Source: Auanema rhodensis (taxonomy: Eukaryota; Animalia; Nematoda). Taken from it: a DNA stretch of 64,000 nucleotides. Made by a program: the position numbers and the translations under genes. Every line of letters starts with the position of its first letter. Position 1 is the first letter of the stretch. The notes beneath the pieces are model-generated. The model was not told where the DNA came from and made no database searches. It was given only the letters and a program-made list of their open reading frames with translations. Below are positions 10,882 through 25,800 of this stretch, one piece after another. The stretch spans positions 3,100,001 through 3,164,000 of the forward strand of contig OZ059899.1 of NCBI GenBank assembly GCA_964057225.1, written 5' to 3'.

Positions 10882-13800
10882 ATTCGATGCGGATTTTTAA
10901 GCTGCGTCGATCTGTGTTATCAGATTTGCGCTAGCTTAAAAATGCACCGAGATATCAACTGATATAAGTTCACACTTATATCCTCGATTTTCACCCTGAA
11001 GAATTAATTTTTTCGTTGAATAACATTGTCCATCGTTTTTGCCTTGAAAAAAGGAATCTAAAAACATCTACTTTTTGCTAAATTATTTTGAAATTTTTCG
11101 AAAAAATTTTTGTCAAAATGTTTTTGGAAGCAATGTTGAGTGTACATGGAAACTCAACATACACTAATGCATCATTTTTCAAACGATCATAACTAATTTT
11201 TGTATTAAGCGTTTCTCAATGTAGTATAGTGCATTCGATGCGGATTTTTAAGCTGCGTCGATCTGTGTTATCAGATTTGCGCTAGCTTAAAAATGCACCG
11301 AGATATCAACTGATATAAGTTCACACTTATATCCTCGATTTTCACCCTGAAGAATTAATTTTTTCGTTGAATAACATTGTCCATCGTTTTTGCCTTGAAA
11401 AAAGGAATCTAAAAACATCTACTTTTTGCTAAATTATTTTGAAATTTTTCGAAAAAATTTTTGTCAAAATGTTTTTGGAAGCAATGTTGAGTGTACATGG
11501 AAACTCAACATACACTAATGCATCATTTTTCAAACGATCATAACTAATTTTTGTATTAAGCGTTTCTCAATGTAGTATAGTGCTTTCGATGCGGATTTTT
11601 AAGCTGCGTCGATCTGTGTTATCAGATTTGCGCTAGCTTAAAAATGCACCGAGATATCAACTGATATAAGTTCACACTTATATCCTTGATTTTCACCCTG
11701 AAGAAATAATTTTTTCGTTGAATAACATTGTCCATCGTCTTTGCCTTGAAAAAAGGAATCTAAAAACATCTACTTTTTGCTAAATTATTTTGAAATTTTT
11801 CGAAAAAATTTTTGTCAAAATGTTTTTGGAAGCAATGTTGAGTGTACATGGAAACTCAACATACACTAATGCATCATTTTTCAAACGATCATAACTAACT
11901 TTTGTATTAAGCGTTTCTCAATGTAGTATAGTGCATTCGATGCGGATTTTTAAGCTGCGTCGATCTGTGTTATCAGATTTGCGCTAGCTTAAAAATGCAC
12001 CGAGATATCAACTGATATAAGTTTACACTTATATCCTCGATTTTCACCCTGAAGAATTAATTTTTTCGTTGAATAACATTGTCCATCGTCTTTGCCTTGA
12101 AAAAAGGAATCTAAAAACATCTACTTTTTGCTAAATTATTTTGAAATTTTTCGAAAAAATTTTTGTCAAAATGTTTTTGGAAGCAATGTTGAGTGTACAT
12201 GGAAACTAAACATACACTAATGCATCATTTTTCAAACGATCATAACTAATTTTTGTATTAAGCGTTTCTCAATGTAGTATCGTGCATTCGATGCGGATTT
12301 TTAAGCTGCGTCGATCTGTGTTATCAGATTTGCGCTAGCTTAAAAATGTACCGAGATATCAACTGATATAAGTTCACACTTATATCCTCGATTTTCACCC
12401 TGAAGAATTAATTTTTTCGTTAAATAACATTGTCCATCGTCTTTGCCTTGAAAAAAGGAATCTAAAAACATCTACTTTTTGCTAAATTATTTTGAAATTT
12501 TTCGAAAAAATTTTTGTCAAAATGTTTTTGGAAGCAATGTTGAGTGTACATGGAAACTCAACATACACTAATGCATCATTTTTCAAACGATCATAACTAA
12601 TTTTTGTATTAAGCGTTCTTCCATGTAGTATAGTGCATTCGATGCGGATTTTTAAGCTGCATCGATCTGTGTTATCAGATTTGCGCTAGCTTAAAAATGT
12701 ACCGAGATATCAACTGATATAAGTTCACACTTATATCCTCGATTTTCACCCTGAAGAATTAATTTTTTCGTTGAATAACATTGTCCATCGTCTTTGCCTT
12801 AAAAAAAAGAATCTAAAAACATCTACTTTTTGCTAAATTATTTTGAAATTTTTCGAAAAAATTTTTGTCAAAATGTTTTTGGAAGCAATGTTGAGTGTAC
12901 ATGGAAACTCAACATACACTAATGCATCATTTTTCAAACGATCATAACTAATTTTTGTATTAAGCGTTTCTCAATGTAGTATAGTGCATTCGATGCGGAT
13001 TTTTAAGCTGCGTCGATCTGTGTTATCAGATTTGCGCTAGCTTAAAAATGTACCGAGATATCAACTGATATAAGTTCACACTTATATCCTCGATTTTCAC
13101 CCTGAAGAATTAATTTTTTCGTTAAATAACATTGTCCATCGTCTTTGCCTTGAAAAAAGGAATCTAAAAACATCTACTTTTTGCTAAATTATTTTGAAAT
13201 TTTTCGAAAAAATTTTTGTCAAAATGTTTTTGGAAGCAATGTTGAGTGTACATGGAAACTCAACATACACTAATGCATCATTTTTCAAACGATCATAACT
13301 AATTTTTGTATTAAGCGTTCTTCCATGTAGTATAGTGCATTCGATGCGGATTTTTAAGCTGCGTCGATCTGTGTTATAAGATTTGCGCTAGCTTAAAAAT
13401 GCACCGAGATATCAACTGATATAAGTTTACACTTATATCCTCGATTTTCACCCTGAAGAATTAATTTTTTCGTTGAATAACATTGTCCATCGTTTTTGCC
13501 TTGAAAAAAGGAATCTAAAAACATCTACTTTTTGCTAAATTATTTTGAAATTTTTCGAAAAAATTTTTGTCAAAATGTTTTTGGAAGCAATGTTGAGTGT
13601 ACATGGAAACTCAACATACACTAATGCATCATTTTTCAAACGATCATAACTAATTTTTGTATTAAGCGTTTCTCAATGTAGTATAGTGCATTCGATGCGG
13701 ATTTTTAAGCTGCGTCGATCTGTGTTATCAGATTTGCGCTAGCTTAAAAATGCACCGAGATATCAACTGATATAAGTTCACACTTATATCCTTGATTTTC

Positions 13801-16800
13801 ACCCTGAAGAAATAATTTTTTCGTTGAATAACATTGTCCATCGTCTTTGCCTTGAAAAAAGGAATCTAAAAACATCTACTTTTTGCTAAATTATTTTGAA
13901 ATTTTTCGAAAAAATTTTTGTCAAAATGTTTTTGGAAGCAATGTTGAGTGTACATGGAAACTCAACATACACTAATGCATCATTTTTCAAACGATCATAA
14001 CTAACTTTTGTATTAAGCGTTTCTCAATGTAGTATAGTGCATTCGATGCGGATTTTTAAGCTGCGTCGATCTGTGTTATCAGATTTGCGCTAGCTTAAAA
14101 ATGCACCGAGATATCAACTGATATAAGTTTACACTTATATCCTCGATTTTCACCCTGAAGAATTAATTTTTTCGTTGAATAACATTGTCCATCGTCTTTG
14201 CCTTGAAAAAAGGAATCTAAAAACATCTACTTTTTGCTAAATTATTTTGAAATTTTTCGAAAAAATTTTTGTCAAAATGTTTTTGGAAGCAATGTTGAGT
14301 GTACATGGAAACTCAACATACACTAATGCATCATTTTTCAAACGATCATAACTAATTTTTGTATTAAGCGTTTCTCAATGTAGTATAGTGCATTCGATGC
14401 GGATTTTTAAGCTGCGTCGATCTGTGTTATCAGATTTGCGCTAGCTTAAAAATGCACCGAGATATCAACTGATATAAGTTTACACTTATATCCTCGATTT
14501 TCACCCTGAAGAATTAATTTTTTCGTTGAATAACATTGTCCATCGTCTTTGCCTTGAAAAAAGGAATCTAAAAACATCTACTTTTTGCTAAATTATTTTG
14601 AAATTTTTCGAAAAAATTTTTGTCAAAATGTTTTTGGAAGCAATGTTGAGTGTACATGGAAACTCAACATACACTAATGCATCATTTTTCAAACGATCAT
14701 AACTAATTTTTGTATTAAGCGTTCTTCCATGTAGTATAGTGCATTCGATGCGGATTTTTAAGCTGCATCGATCTGTGTTATCAGATTTGCGCTAGCTTAA
14801 AAATGTACCGAGATATCAACTGATATAAGTTCACACTTATATCCTCGATTTTCACCCTGAAGAATTAATTTTTTCGTTGAATAACATTGTCCATCGTCTT
14901 TGCCTTAAAAAAAAGAATCTAAAAACATCTACTTTTTGCTAAATTATTTTGAAATTTTTCGAAAAAATTTTTGTCAAAATGTTTTTGGAAGCAATGTTGA
15001 GTGTACATGGAAACTCAACATACACTAATGCATCATTTTTCAAACGATCATAACTAATTTTTGTATTAAGCGTTTCTCAATGTAGTATAGTGCATTCGAT
15101 GCGGATTTTTAAGCTGCGTCGATCTGTGTTATCAGATTTGCGCTAGCTTAAAAATGTACCGAGATATCAACTGATATAAGTTCACACTTATATCCTCGAT
15201 TTTCACCCTGAAGAATTAATTTTTTCGTTAAATAACATTGTCCATCGTCTTTGCCTTGAAAAAAGGAATCTAAAAACATCTACTTTTTGCTAAATTATTT
15301 TGAAATTTTTCGAAAAAATTTTTGTCAAAATGTTTTTGGAAGCAATGTTGAGTGTACATGGAAACTCAACATACACTAATGCATCATTTTTCAAACGATC
15401 ATAACTAATTTTTGTATTAAGCGTTTCTCAATGTAGTATAGTGCATTCGATGCGGATTTTTAAGCTGCGTCGATCTGTGTTATCAGATTTGCGCTAGCTT
15501 AAAAATGCACCGAGATATCAACTGATATAAGTTCACACTTATATCCTTGATTTTCACCCTGAAGAAATAATTTTTTCGTTGAATAACATTGTCCATCGTC
15601 TTTGCCTTGAAAAAAGGAATCTAAAAACATCTACTTTTTGCTAAATTATTTTGAAATTTTTCGAAAAAATTTTTGTCAAAATGTTTTTGGAAGCAATGTT
15701 GAGTGTACATGGAAACTCAACATACACTAATGCATCATTTTTCAAACGATCATAACTAACTTTTGTATTAAGCGTTTCTCAATGTAGTATAGTGCATTCG
15801 ATGCGGATTTTTAAGCTGCGTCGATCTGTGTTATCAGATTTGCGCTAGTTTAAAAATGCACCGAGATATCAACTGATATAAGTTTACACTTATATCCTCG
15901 ATTTTCACCCTGAAGAATTAATTTTTTCGTTGAATAACATTGTCCATCGTCTTTGCCTTGAAAAAAGGAATCTAAAAACATCTACTTTTTGCTAAATTAT
16001 TTTGAAATTTTTCGAAAAAATTTTTGTCAAAATGTTTTTGGAAGCAATGTTGAGTGTACATGGAAACTCAACATACACTAATGCATCATTTTTCAAACGA
16101 TCATAACTAATTTTTGTATTAAGCGTTTCTCAATGTAGTATAGTGCATTCGATGCGGATTTTTAAGCTGCGTCGATCTGTGTTATCAGATTTGCGCTAGC
16201 TTAAAAATGCACCGAGATATCAACTGATATAAGTTTACACTTATATCCTCGATTTTCACCCTGAAGAATTAATTTTTTCGTTAAATAACATTGTCCATCG
16301 TCTTTGCCTTGAAAAAAGGAATCTAAAAACATCTACTTTTTGCTAAATTATTTTGAAATTTTTCGAAAAAATTTTTGTCAAAATGTTTTTGGAAGCAATG
16401 TTGAGTGTACATGGAAACTCAACATACACTAATGCATCATTTTTCAAACGATCATAACTAATTTTTGTATTAAGCGTTCTTCCATGTAGTATAGTGCATT
16501 CGATGCGGATTTTTAAGTTGCATCGATCTGTGTTATCAGATTTGCGCTAGCTTAAAAATGTACCGAGATATCAACTGATATAAGTTCACACTTATATCCT
16601 CGATTTTCACCCTGAAGAATTAATTTTTTCGTTGAATAACATTGTCCATCGTCTTTGCCTTAAAAAAAAGAATCTAAAAACATCTACTTTTTGCTAAATT
16701 ATTTTGAAATTTTTCGAAAAAATTTTTGTCAAAATGTTTTTGGAAGCAATGTTGAGTGTACATGGAAACTCAACATACACTAATGCATCATTTTTCAAAC

Positions 16801-19800
16801 GATCATAACTAATTTTTGTATTAAGCGTTTCTCAATGTAGTATAGTGCATTCGATGCGGATTTTTAAGCTGCGTCGATCTGTGTTATCAGATTTGCGCTA
16901 GCTTAAAAATGCACCGAGATATCAACTGATATAAGTTCACACTTATATCCTCGATTTTCACCCTGAAGAATTAATTTTTTCGTTGAATAACATTGTCCAT
17001 CGTCTTTGCCTTGAAAAAAGGAATCTAAAAACATCTACTTTTTGCTAAATTATTTTGAAATTTTTCGAAAAAATTTTTGTCAAAATGTTTTTGGAAGCAA
17101 TGTTGAGTGTACATGGAAACTCAACATACACTAATGCATCATTTTTCAAACGATCATAACTAATTTTTGTATTAAGCGTTCTTCCATGTAGTATAGTGCA
17201 TTCGATGCGGATTTTTAAGCTGCGTCGATCTGTGTTATCAGATTTGCGCTAGCTTAAAAATGTACCGAGATATCAACTGATATAAGTTCACACTTATATC
17301 CTCGATTTTCACCCTGAAGAATTAATTTTTTCGTTAAATAACATTGTCCATCGTCTTTGCCTTGAAAAAAGGAATCTAAAAACATCTACTTTTTGCTAAA
17401 TTATTTTGAAATTTTTCGAAAAAATTTTTGTCAAAATGTTTTTGGAAGCAATGTTGAGTGTACATGAAAACTCAACATACACTAATGCATCATTTTTCAA
17501 ACGATCATAACTAATTTTTGTATTAAGCGTTTCTCAATGTAGTATAGTGCATTCGATGCGGATTTTTAAGCTACGTCGATCTGTGTTATCAGATTTGCGC
17601 TAGCTTAAAAATGCACCGAGATATCAACTGATATAAGTTTACACTTATATCCTCGATTTTCACCCTGAAGAATTAATTTTTTCGTTGAATAACATTGTCC
17701 ATCGTCTTTGCCTTGAAAAAAGGAATCTAAAAACATCTACTTTTTGCTAAATTATTTTGAAATTTTTCGAAAAAGTTTTTGTCAAAATGTTTTTGGAAGC
17801 AATGTTGAGTGTACATGGAAACTCAACATACACTAATGCATCATTTTTCAAACGATCATAACTAATTTTTGTATTAAGCGTTCTTCCATGTAGTATAGTG
17901 CATTCGATGCGGATTTTTAAGCTGCGTCGATCTGTGTTATCAGATTTGCGCTAGCTTAAAAATGTACCGAGATATCAACTGATATAAGTTCACACTTATA
18001 TCCTCGATTTTCACCCTGAAGAATTAATTTTTTCGTTAAATAACATTGTCCATCGTCTTTGCCTTGAAAAAAGGAATCTAAAAACATCTACTTTTTGCTA
18101 AATTATTTTGAAATTTTTCGAAAAAATTTTTGTCAAAATGTTTTTGGAAGCAATGTTGAGTGTACATGGAAACTCAACATACACTAATGCATCATTTTTC
18201 GAACGATCATAACTAATTTTTGTATTAAGCGTTTCTCAATGTAGTATAGTGCATTCGATGCGGATTTGTAAGCTACGTCGATCTGTGTTATCAGATTTGC
18301 GCTAGCTTAAAAATGCACCGAGATATCAACTGATATAAGTTTACACTTATATCCTCGATTTTCACCCTGAAGAATTAATTTTTTCGTTGAATAACATTGT
18401 CCATCGTCTTTGCCTTGAAAAAAGGAATCTAAAAACATCTACTTTTTGCTAAATTATTTTGAAATTTTTCGAAAAAATTTTTGTCAAAATGTTTTTGGAA
18501 GCAATGTTGAGTGTACATGGAAACTCAACATACACTAATGCATCATTTTTCAAACGATCATAACTAATTTTTGTATTAAGCGTTTCTCAATGTAGTATAG
18601 TGCATTCGATGCGGATTTTTAAGCTGCGTCGATCTGTGTTATCAGATTTGCGCTAGCTTAAAAATGCACCGAGATATCAACTGATATAAGTTTACACTTA
18701 TATCCTCGATTTTCACCCTGAAGAATTAATTTTTTCGTTGAATAACATTGTCCATCGTCTTTGCCTTGAAAAAAGGAATCTAAAAACATCTACTTTTTGC
18801 TAAATTATTTTGAAATTTTTCGAAAAAATTTTTGTCAAAATGTTTTTGGAAGCAATGTTGAGTGTACATGGAAACTCAACATACACTAATGCATCATTTT
18901 TCAAACGATCATAACTAATTTTTGTATTAAGCGTTCTTCCATGTAGTATAGTGCATTCGATGCGGATTTTTAAGCTGCGTCGATCTGTGTTATCAGATTT
19001 GCGCTAGCTTAAAAATGTACCGAGATATCAACTGATATAAGTTCACACTTATATCCTCGATTTTCACCCTGAAGAATTAATTTTTTCGTTAAATAACATT
19101 GTCCATCGTCTTTGCCTTGAAAAAAGGAATCTAAAAACATCTACTTTTTGCTAAATTATTTTGAAATTTTTCGAAAAAATTTTTGTCAAAATGTTTTTGG
19201 AAGCAATGTTGAGTGTACATGAAAACTCAACATACACTAATGCATCATTTTTCAAACGATCATAACTAATTTTTGTATTAAGCGTTTCTCAATGTAGTAT
19301 AGTGCATTCGATGCGGATTTTTAAGCTACGTCGATCTGTGTTATCAGATTTGCGCTAGCTTAAAAATGCACCGAGATATCAACTGATATAAGTTTACACT
19401 TATATCCTCGATTTTCACCCTGAAGAATTAATTTTTTCGTTGAATAACATTGTCCATCGTCTTTGCCTTGAAAAAAGGAATCTAAAAACATCTACTTTTT
19501 GCTAAATTATTTTGAAATTTTTCGAAAAAATTTTTGTCAAAATGTTTTTGGAAGCAATGTTGAGTGTACATGGAAACTCAACATACACTAATGCATCATT
19601 TTTCAAACGATCATAACTAATTTTTGTATTAAGCGTTCTTCCATGTAGTATAGTGCATTCGATGCGGATTTTTAAGCTGCGTCGATCTGTGTTATCAGAT
19701 TTGCGCTAGCTTAAAAATGTACCGAGATATCAACTGATATAAGTTCACACTTATATCCTCGATTTTCACCCTGAAGAATTAATTTTTTCGTTAAATAACA

Positions 19801-22800
19801 TTGTCCATCGTCTTTGCCTTGAAAAAAGGAATCTAAAAACATCTACTTTTTGCTAAATTATTTTGAAATTTTTCGAAAAAATTTTTGTCAAAATGTTTTT
19901 GGAAGCAATGTTGAGTGTACATGGAAACTCAACATACACTAATGCATCATTTTTCAAACGATCATAACTAATTTTTGTATTAAGCGTTTCTCAATGTAGT
20001 ATAGTGCATTCGATGCGGATTTCTAAGCTACGTCGATCTGTGTTATCAGATTTGCGCTAGCTTAAAAATGCACCGAGATATCAACTGATATAAGTTTACA
20101 CTTATATCCTCGATTTTCACCCTGAAGAATTAATTTTTTCTTTGAATAACATTGTCCATCGTCTTTGCCTTGAAAAAAGAAATCTAAAAACATCTACTTT
20201 TTGCTAAATTATTTTGAAATTTTTCGAAAAAATTTTTGTCAAAATGTTTTTGGAAGCAATGTTGAGTGTACATGGAAACTCAACATACACTAATGCATCA
20301 TTTTTCAAACGATCATAACTAATTTTTGTATTAAGCGTTTCTCAATGTAGTATAGTGCATTCGATGCGGATTTTTAAGCTGCGTCGATCTGTGTTATCAG
20401 ATTTGCGCTAGCTTAAAAATGTACCGAGATATCAACTGATATAAGTTCACACTTATATCCTCGATTTTCACCCTGAAGAATTAATTTTTTCGTTAAATAA
20501 CATTGTCCATCGTCTTTGCCTTGAAAAAAGGAATCTAAAAACATCTACTTTTTGCTAAATTATTTTGAAATTTTTCGAAAAAATTTTTGTCAAAATGTTT
20601 TTGGAAGCAATGTTGAGTGTACATGGAAACTCAACATACACTAATGCATCATTTTTCAAACGATCATAACTAATTTTTGTATTAAGCGTTTCTCAATGTA
20701 GTATAGTGCATTCGATGCGGATTTTTAAGCTACGTCGATCTGTGTTATCAGATTTGCGCTAGCTTAAAAATGCACCGAGATATCAACTGATATAAGTTTA
20801 CACTTATATCCTCGATTTTCACCCTGAAGAATTAATTTTTTCGTTGAATAACATTGTCCATCGTCTTTGCCTTGAAAAAAGGAATCTAAAAACATCTACT
20901 TTTTGCTAAATTATTTTGAAATTTTTCGAAAAAATTTTTGTCAAAATGTTTTTGGAAGCAATGTTGAGTGTACATGGAAACTCAACATACACTAATGCAT
21001 CATTTTTCAAACGATCATAACTAATTTTTGTATTAAGCGTTCTTCCATGTAGTATAGTGCATTCGATGCGGATTTTTAAGCTGCGTCGATCTGTGTTATC
21101 AGATTTGCGCTAGCTTAAAAATGCACCGAGATATCAACTGATATAAGTTTACACTTATATCCTCGATTTTCACCCTGAAGAATTAATTTTTTCGTTAAAT
21201 AACATTGTCCATCGTCTTTGCCTCGAAAAAAGGAATCTAAAAACATCTACTTTTTGCTAAATTATTTTGAAATTTTTCGAAAAAATTTTTGTCAAAATGT
21301 TTTTGGAAGCAATGTTGAGTGTAAATGGACACTCAACATACACTAATGCATCATTTTTCAAACGATCATAACTAATTTTTGTATTAAGCGTTTCTCAATG
21401 TAGTATAGTGCATTCGATGCGGATTTTTAAGCTGCGTCGATCTGTGTTATCAGATTTGCGCTAGCTTAAAAATGTACCGAGATATCAACTGATATAAGTT
21501 CACACTTATATCCTCGATTTTCACCCTGAAGAATTAATTTTTTCGTTGAATAACATTGTCCATCGTCTTTGCCTTGAAAAAAGGAATCTAAAAACATCTA
21601 CTTTTTGCTAAATTATTTTGAAATTTTTCGAAAAAATTTTTGTCAAAATGTTTTTGGAAGCAATGTTGAGTGTACATGGAAACTCAACATACACTAATGC
21701 ATCATTTTTCAAACGATCATAACTAATTTTTGTATTAAGCGTTTCTCAATGTAGTATAGTGCATTCGATGCGGATTTTTAAGCTGCGTCGATCTGTGTTA
21801 TCAGATTTGCGCTAGCTTAAAAATGCACCGAGATATCAACTGATATAAGTTTAAACTTATATCCTCGATTTTCACCCTGAAGAATTAATTTTTTCGTTAA
21901 ATAACATTGTCCATCGTCTTTGCCTTGAAAAAAGGAATCTAAAAACATCTACTTTTTGCTAAATTATTTTGAAATTTTTCGAAAAAATTTTTGTCAAAAT
22001 GTTTTTGGAAGCAATGTTGAGTGTACATGGAAACTCAACATACACTAATGCATCATTTTTCAAACGATCATAACTAATTTTTGTATTAAGCGTTTCTCAA
22101 TGTAGTATAGTGCATTCGATGCGGATTTTTAAGCTACGTCGATCTGTGTTATCAGATTTGCGCTAACTTAAAAATGCACCGAGATATCAACTGATATAAG
22201 TTTACACTTATATCCTCGATTTTCACCCTGAAGAATTAATTTTTTCGTTGAATAACATTGTCCATCGTCTTTGCCTTGAAAAAAGGAATCTAAAAACATC
22301 TACTTTTTGCTAAATTATTTTGAAATTTTTCGAAAAAATTTTTGTCAAAATGTTTTTGGAAGCAATGTTGAGTGTACATGGAAACTCAACATACACTAAT
22401 GCATCATTTTTCAAACGATCATAACTAATTTTTGTATTAAGCGTTTCTCAATGTAGTATAGTGCATTCGATGCGGATTTTTAAGCTGCGTCGATCTGTGT
22501 TATCAGATTTGCGCTAGCTTAAAAATGTACCGAGATATCAACTGATATAAGTTCACACTTATATCCTCGATTTTCACCCTGAAGAATTAATTTTTTCGTT
22601 AAATAACATTGTCCATCGTCTTTGCCTTGAAAAAAGGAATCTAAAAACATCTACTTTTTGCTAAATTATTTTGAAATTTTTCGAAAAAATTTTTGTCAAA
22701 ATGTTTTTGGAAGCAATGTTGAGTGTACATGGAAACTCAACATACACTAATGCATCATTTTTCAAACGATCATAACTAATTTTTGTATTAAGCGTTCTTC

Positions 22801-25800
22801 CATGTAGTATAGTGCATTCGATGCGGATTTTTAAGCTGCGTCGATCTGTGTTATCAGATTTGCGCTAGCTTAAAAATGTACCGAGATATCAACTGATATA
22901 AGTTCACACTTATATCCTCGATTTTCACCCTGAAGAATTAATTTTTTCGTTAAATAACATTGTCCATCGTCTTTGCCTTGTAAAAAGGAATCTAAAAACA
23001 TCTACTTTTTGCTAAATTATTTTGAAATTTTTCGAAAAAATTTTTGTCAAAATGTTTTTGGAAGCAATGTTGAGTGTAAATGGAAACTCAACATACACTA
23101 ATGCATCATTTTTCAAACGATCATAACTAATTTTTGTATTAAGCGTTTTTCAATGTAGTATAGTGCATTCGATGCGGATTTTTAAGCTGCGTCGATCTGT
23201 GTTATCAGATTTGCGCTAGCTTAAAAATGTACCGAGATATCAACTGATATAAGTTCACACTTATATCCTCGATTTTCACCCTGAAGAATTAATTTTTTCG
23301 TTGAATAACATTGTCCATCGTCTTTGCCTTGAAAAAAGGAATCTAAAAACATCTACTTTTTGCTAAATTATTTTGAAATTTTTCGAAAAAATTTTTGTCA
23401 AAATGTTTTTGGAAGCAATGTTGAGTGTACATGGAAACTCAACATACACTAATGCATCATTTTTCAAACGATCATAACTAATTTTTGTATTAAGCGTTTC
23501 TCAATGTAGTATAGTGCATTCGATGCGGATTTTTAAGTTGCGTCGATCTGTGTTATCAGATTTGCGCTAGCTTAAAAATGCACCGAGATATCAACTGATA
23601 TAAGTTTAAACTTATATCCTCGATTTTCACCCTGAAGAATTAATTTTTTCGTTAAATAACATTGTCCATCGTCTTTGCCTTGAAAAAAGGAATCTAAAAA
23701 CATCTACTTTTTGCTAAATTATTTTGAAATTTTTCGAAAAAATTTTTGTCAAAATGTTTTTGGAAGCAATGTTGAGTGTACATGGAAACTCAACATACAC
23801 TAATGCATCATTTTTCAAACGATCATAACTAATTTTTGTATTAAGCGTTTCTCAATGTAGTATAGTGCATTCGATGCGGATTTTTAAGCTACGTCGATCT
23901 GTGTTATCAGATTTGCGCTAGCTTAAAAATGCACCGAGATATCAACTGATATAAGTTTACACTTATATCCTCGATTTTCACCCTGAAGAATTAATTTTTT
24001 CGTTGAATAACATTGTCCATCGTCTTTGCCTTGAAAAAAGGAATCTAAAAACATCTACTTTTTGCTAAATTATTTTGAAATTTTTCGAAAAAATTTTTGT
24101 CAAAATGTTTTTGGAAGCAATGTTGAGTGTACATGGAAACTCAACATACACTAATGCATCATTTTTCAAACGATCATAACTAATTTTTGTATTAAGCGTT
24201 CTTCCATGTAGTATAGTGCATTCGATGCGGATTTTTAAGCTGCGTCGATCTGTGTTATCAGATTTGCGCTAGCTTAAAAATGTACCGAGATATCAACTGA
24301 TATAAGTTCACACTTATATCCTCGATTTTCACCCTGAAGAATTAATTTTTTCGTTAAATAACATTGTCCATCGTCTTTGCCTTGAAAAAAGGAATCTAAA
24401 AACATCTACTTTTTGCTAAATTATTTTGAAATTTTTCGAAAAAATTTTTGTCAAAATGTTTTTGGAAGCAATGTTGAGTGTACATGGAAACTCAACATAC
24501 ACTAATGCATCATTTTTCAAACGATCATAACTAATTTTTGTATTAAGCGTTCTTCCATGTAGTATAGTGCATTCGATGCAGATTTTTAAGCTGCGTCGAT
24601 CTGTGTTATCAGATTTGCGCTAGCTTAAAAATGTACCGAGATATCAACTGATATAAGTTCACACTTATATCCTCGATTTTCACCCTGAAGAATTAATTTT
24701 TTCGTTAAATAACATTGTCCATCGTCTTTGCCTTGAAAAAAGGAATCTAAAAACATCTACTTTTTGCTAAATTATTTTGAAATTTTTCGAAAAAATTTTT
24801 GTCAAAATGTTTTTGGAAGCAATGTTGAGTGTACATGGAAACTCAACATACACTAATGCATCATTTTTCAAACGATCATAACTAATTTTTGTATTAAGCG
24901 TTTCTCAATGTAGTATAGTGCATTCGATGCGGATTTTTAAGCTACGTCGATCTGTGTTATCAGATTTGCGCTAGCTTAAAAATGCACCGAGATATCAACT
25001 GATATAAGTTTACACTTATATCCTCGATTTTCACCCTGAAGAATTAATTTTTTCTTTGAATAACATTGTCCATCGTCTTTGCCTTGAAAAAAGAAATCTA
25101 AAAACATCTACTTTTTGCTAAATTATTTTGAAATTTTTCGAAAAAATTTTTGTCAAAATGTTTTTGGAAGCAATGTTAAGTGTACATGGAAACTCAACAT
25201 ACACTAATGCATCATTTTTCAAACGATCATAACTAATTTTTGTATTAAGCGTTTCTCAATGTAGTATAGTGCATTCGATGCGGATTTTTAAGCTGCGTCG
25301 ATCTGTGTTATCAGATTTGCGCTAGCTTAAAAATGTACCGAGATATCAACTGATATAAGTTCACACTTATATCCTCGATTTTCACCCTGAAGAATTAATT
25401 TTTTCGTTAAATAACATTGTCCATCGTCTTTGCCTTGAAAAAAGGAATCTAAAAACATCTACTTTTTGCTAAATTATTTTGAAATTTTTCGAAAAAATTT
25501 TTGTCAAAATGTTTTTGGAAGCAATGTTGAGTGTACATGGAAACTCAACATACACTAATGCATCATTTTTCAAACGATCATAACTAATTTTTGTATTAAG
25601 CGTTTCTCAATGTAGTATAGTGCATTCGATGCGGATTTTTAAGCTACGTCGATCTGTGTTATCAGATTTGCGCTAGCTTAAAAATGCACCGAGATATCAA
25701 CTGATATAAGTTTACACTTATATCCTCGATTTTCACCCTGAAGAATTAATTTTTTCGTTGAATAACATTGTCCATCGTCTTTGCCTTGAAAAAAGGAATC

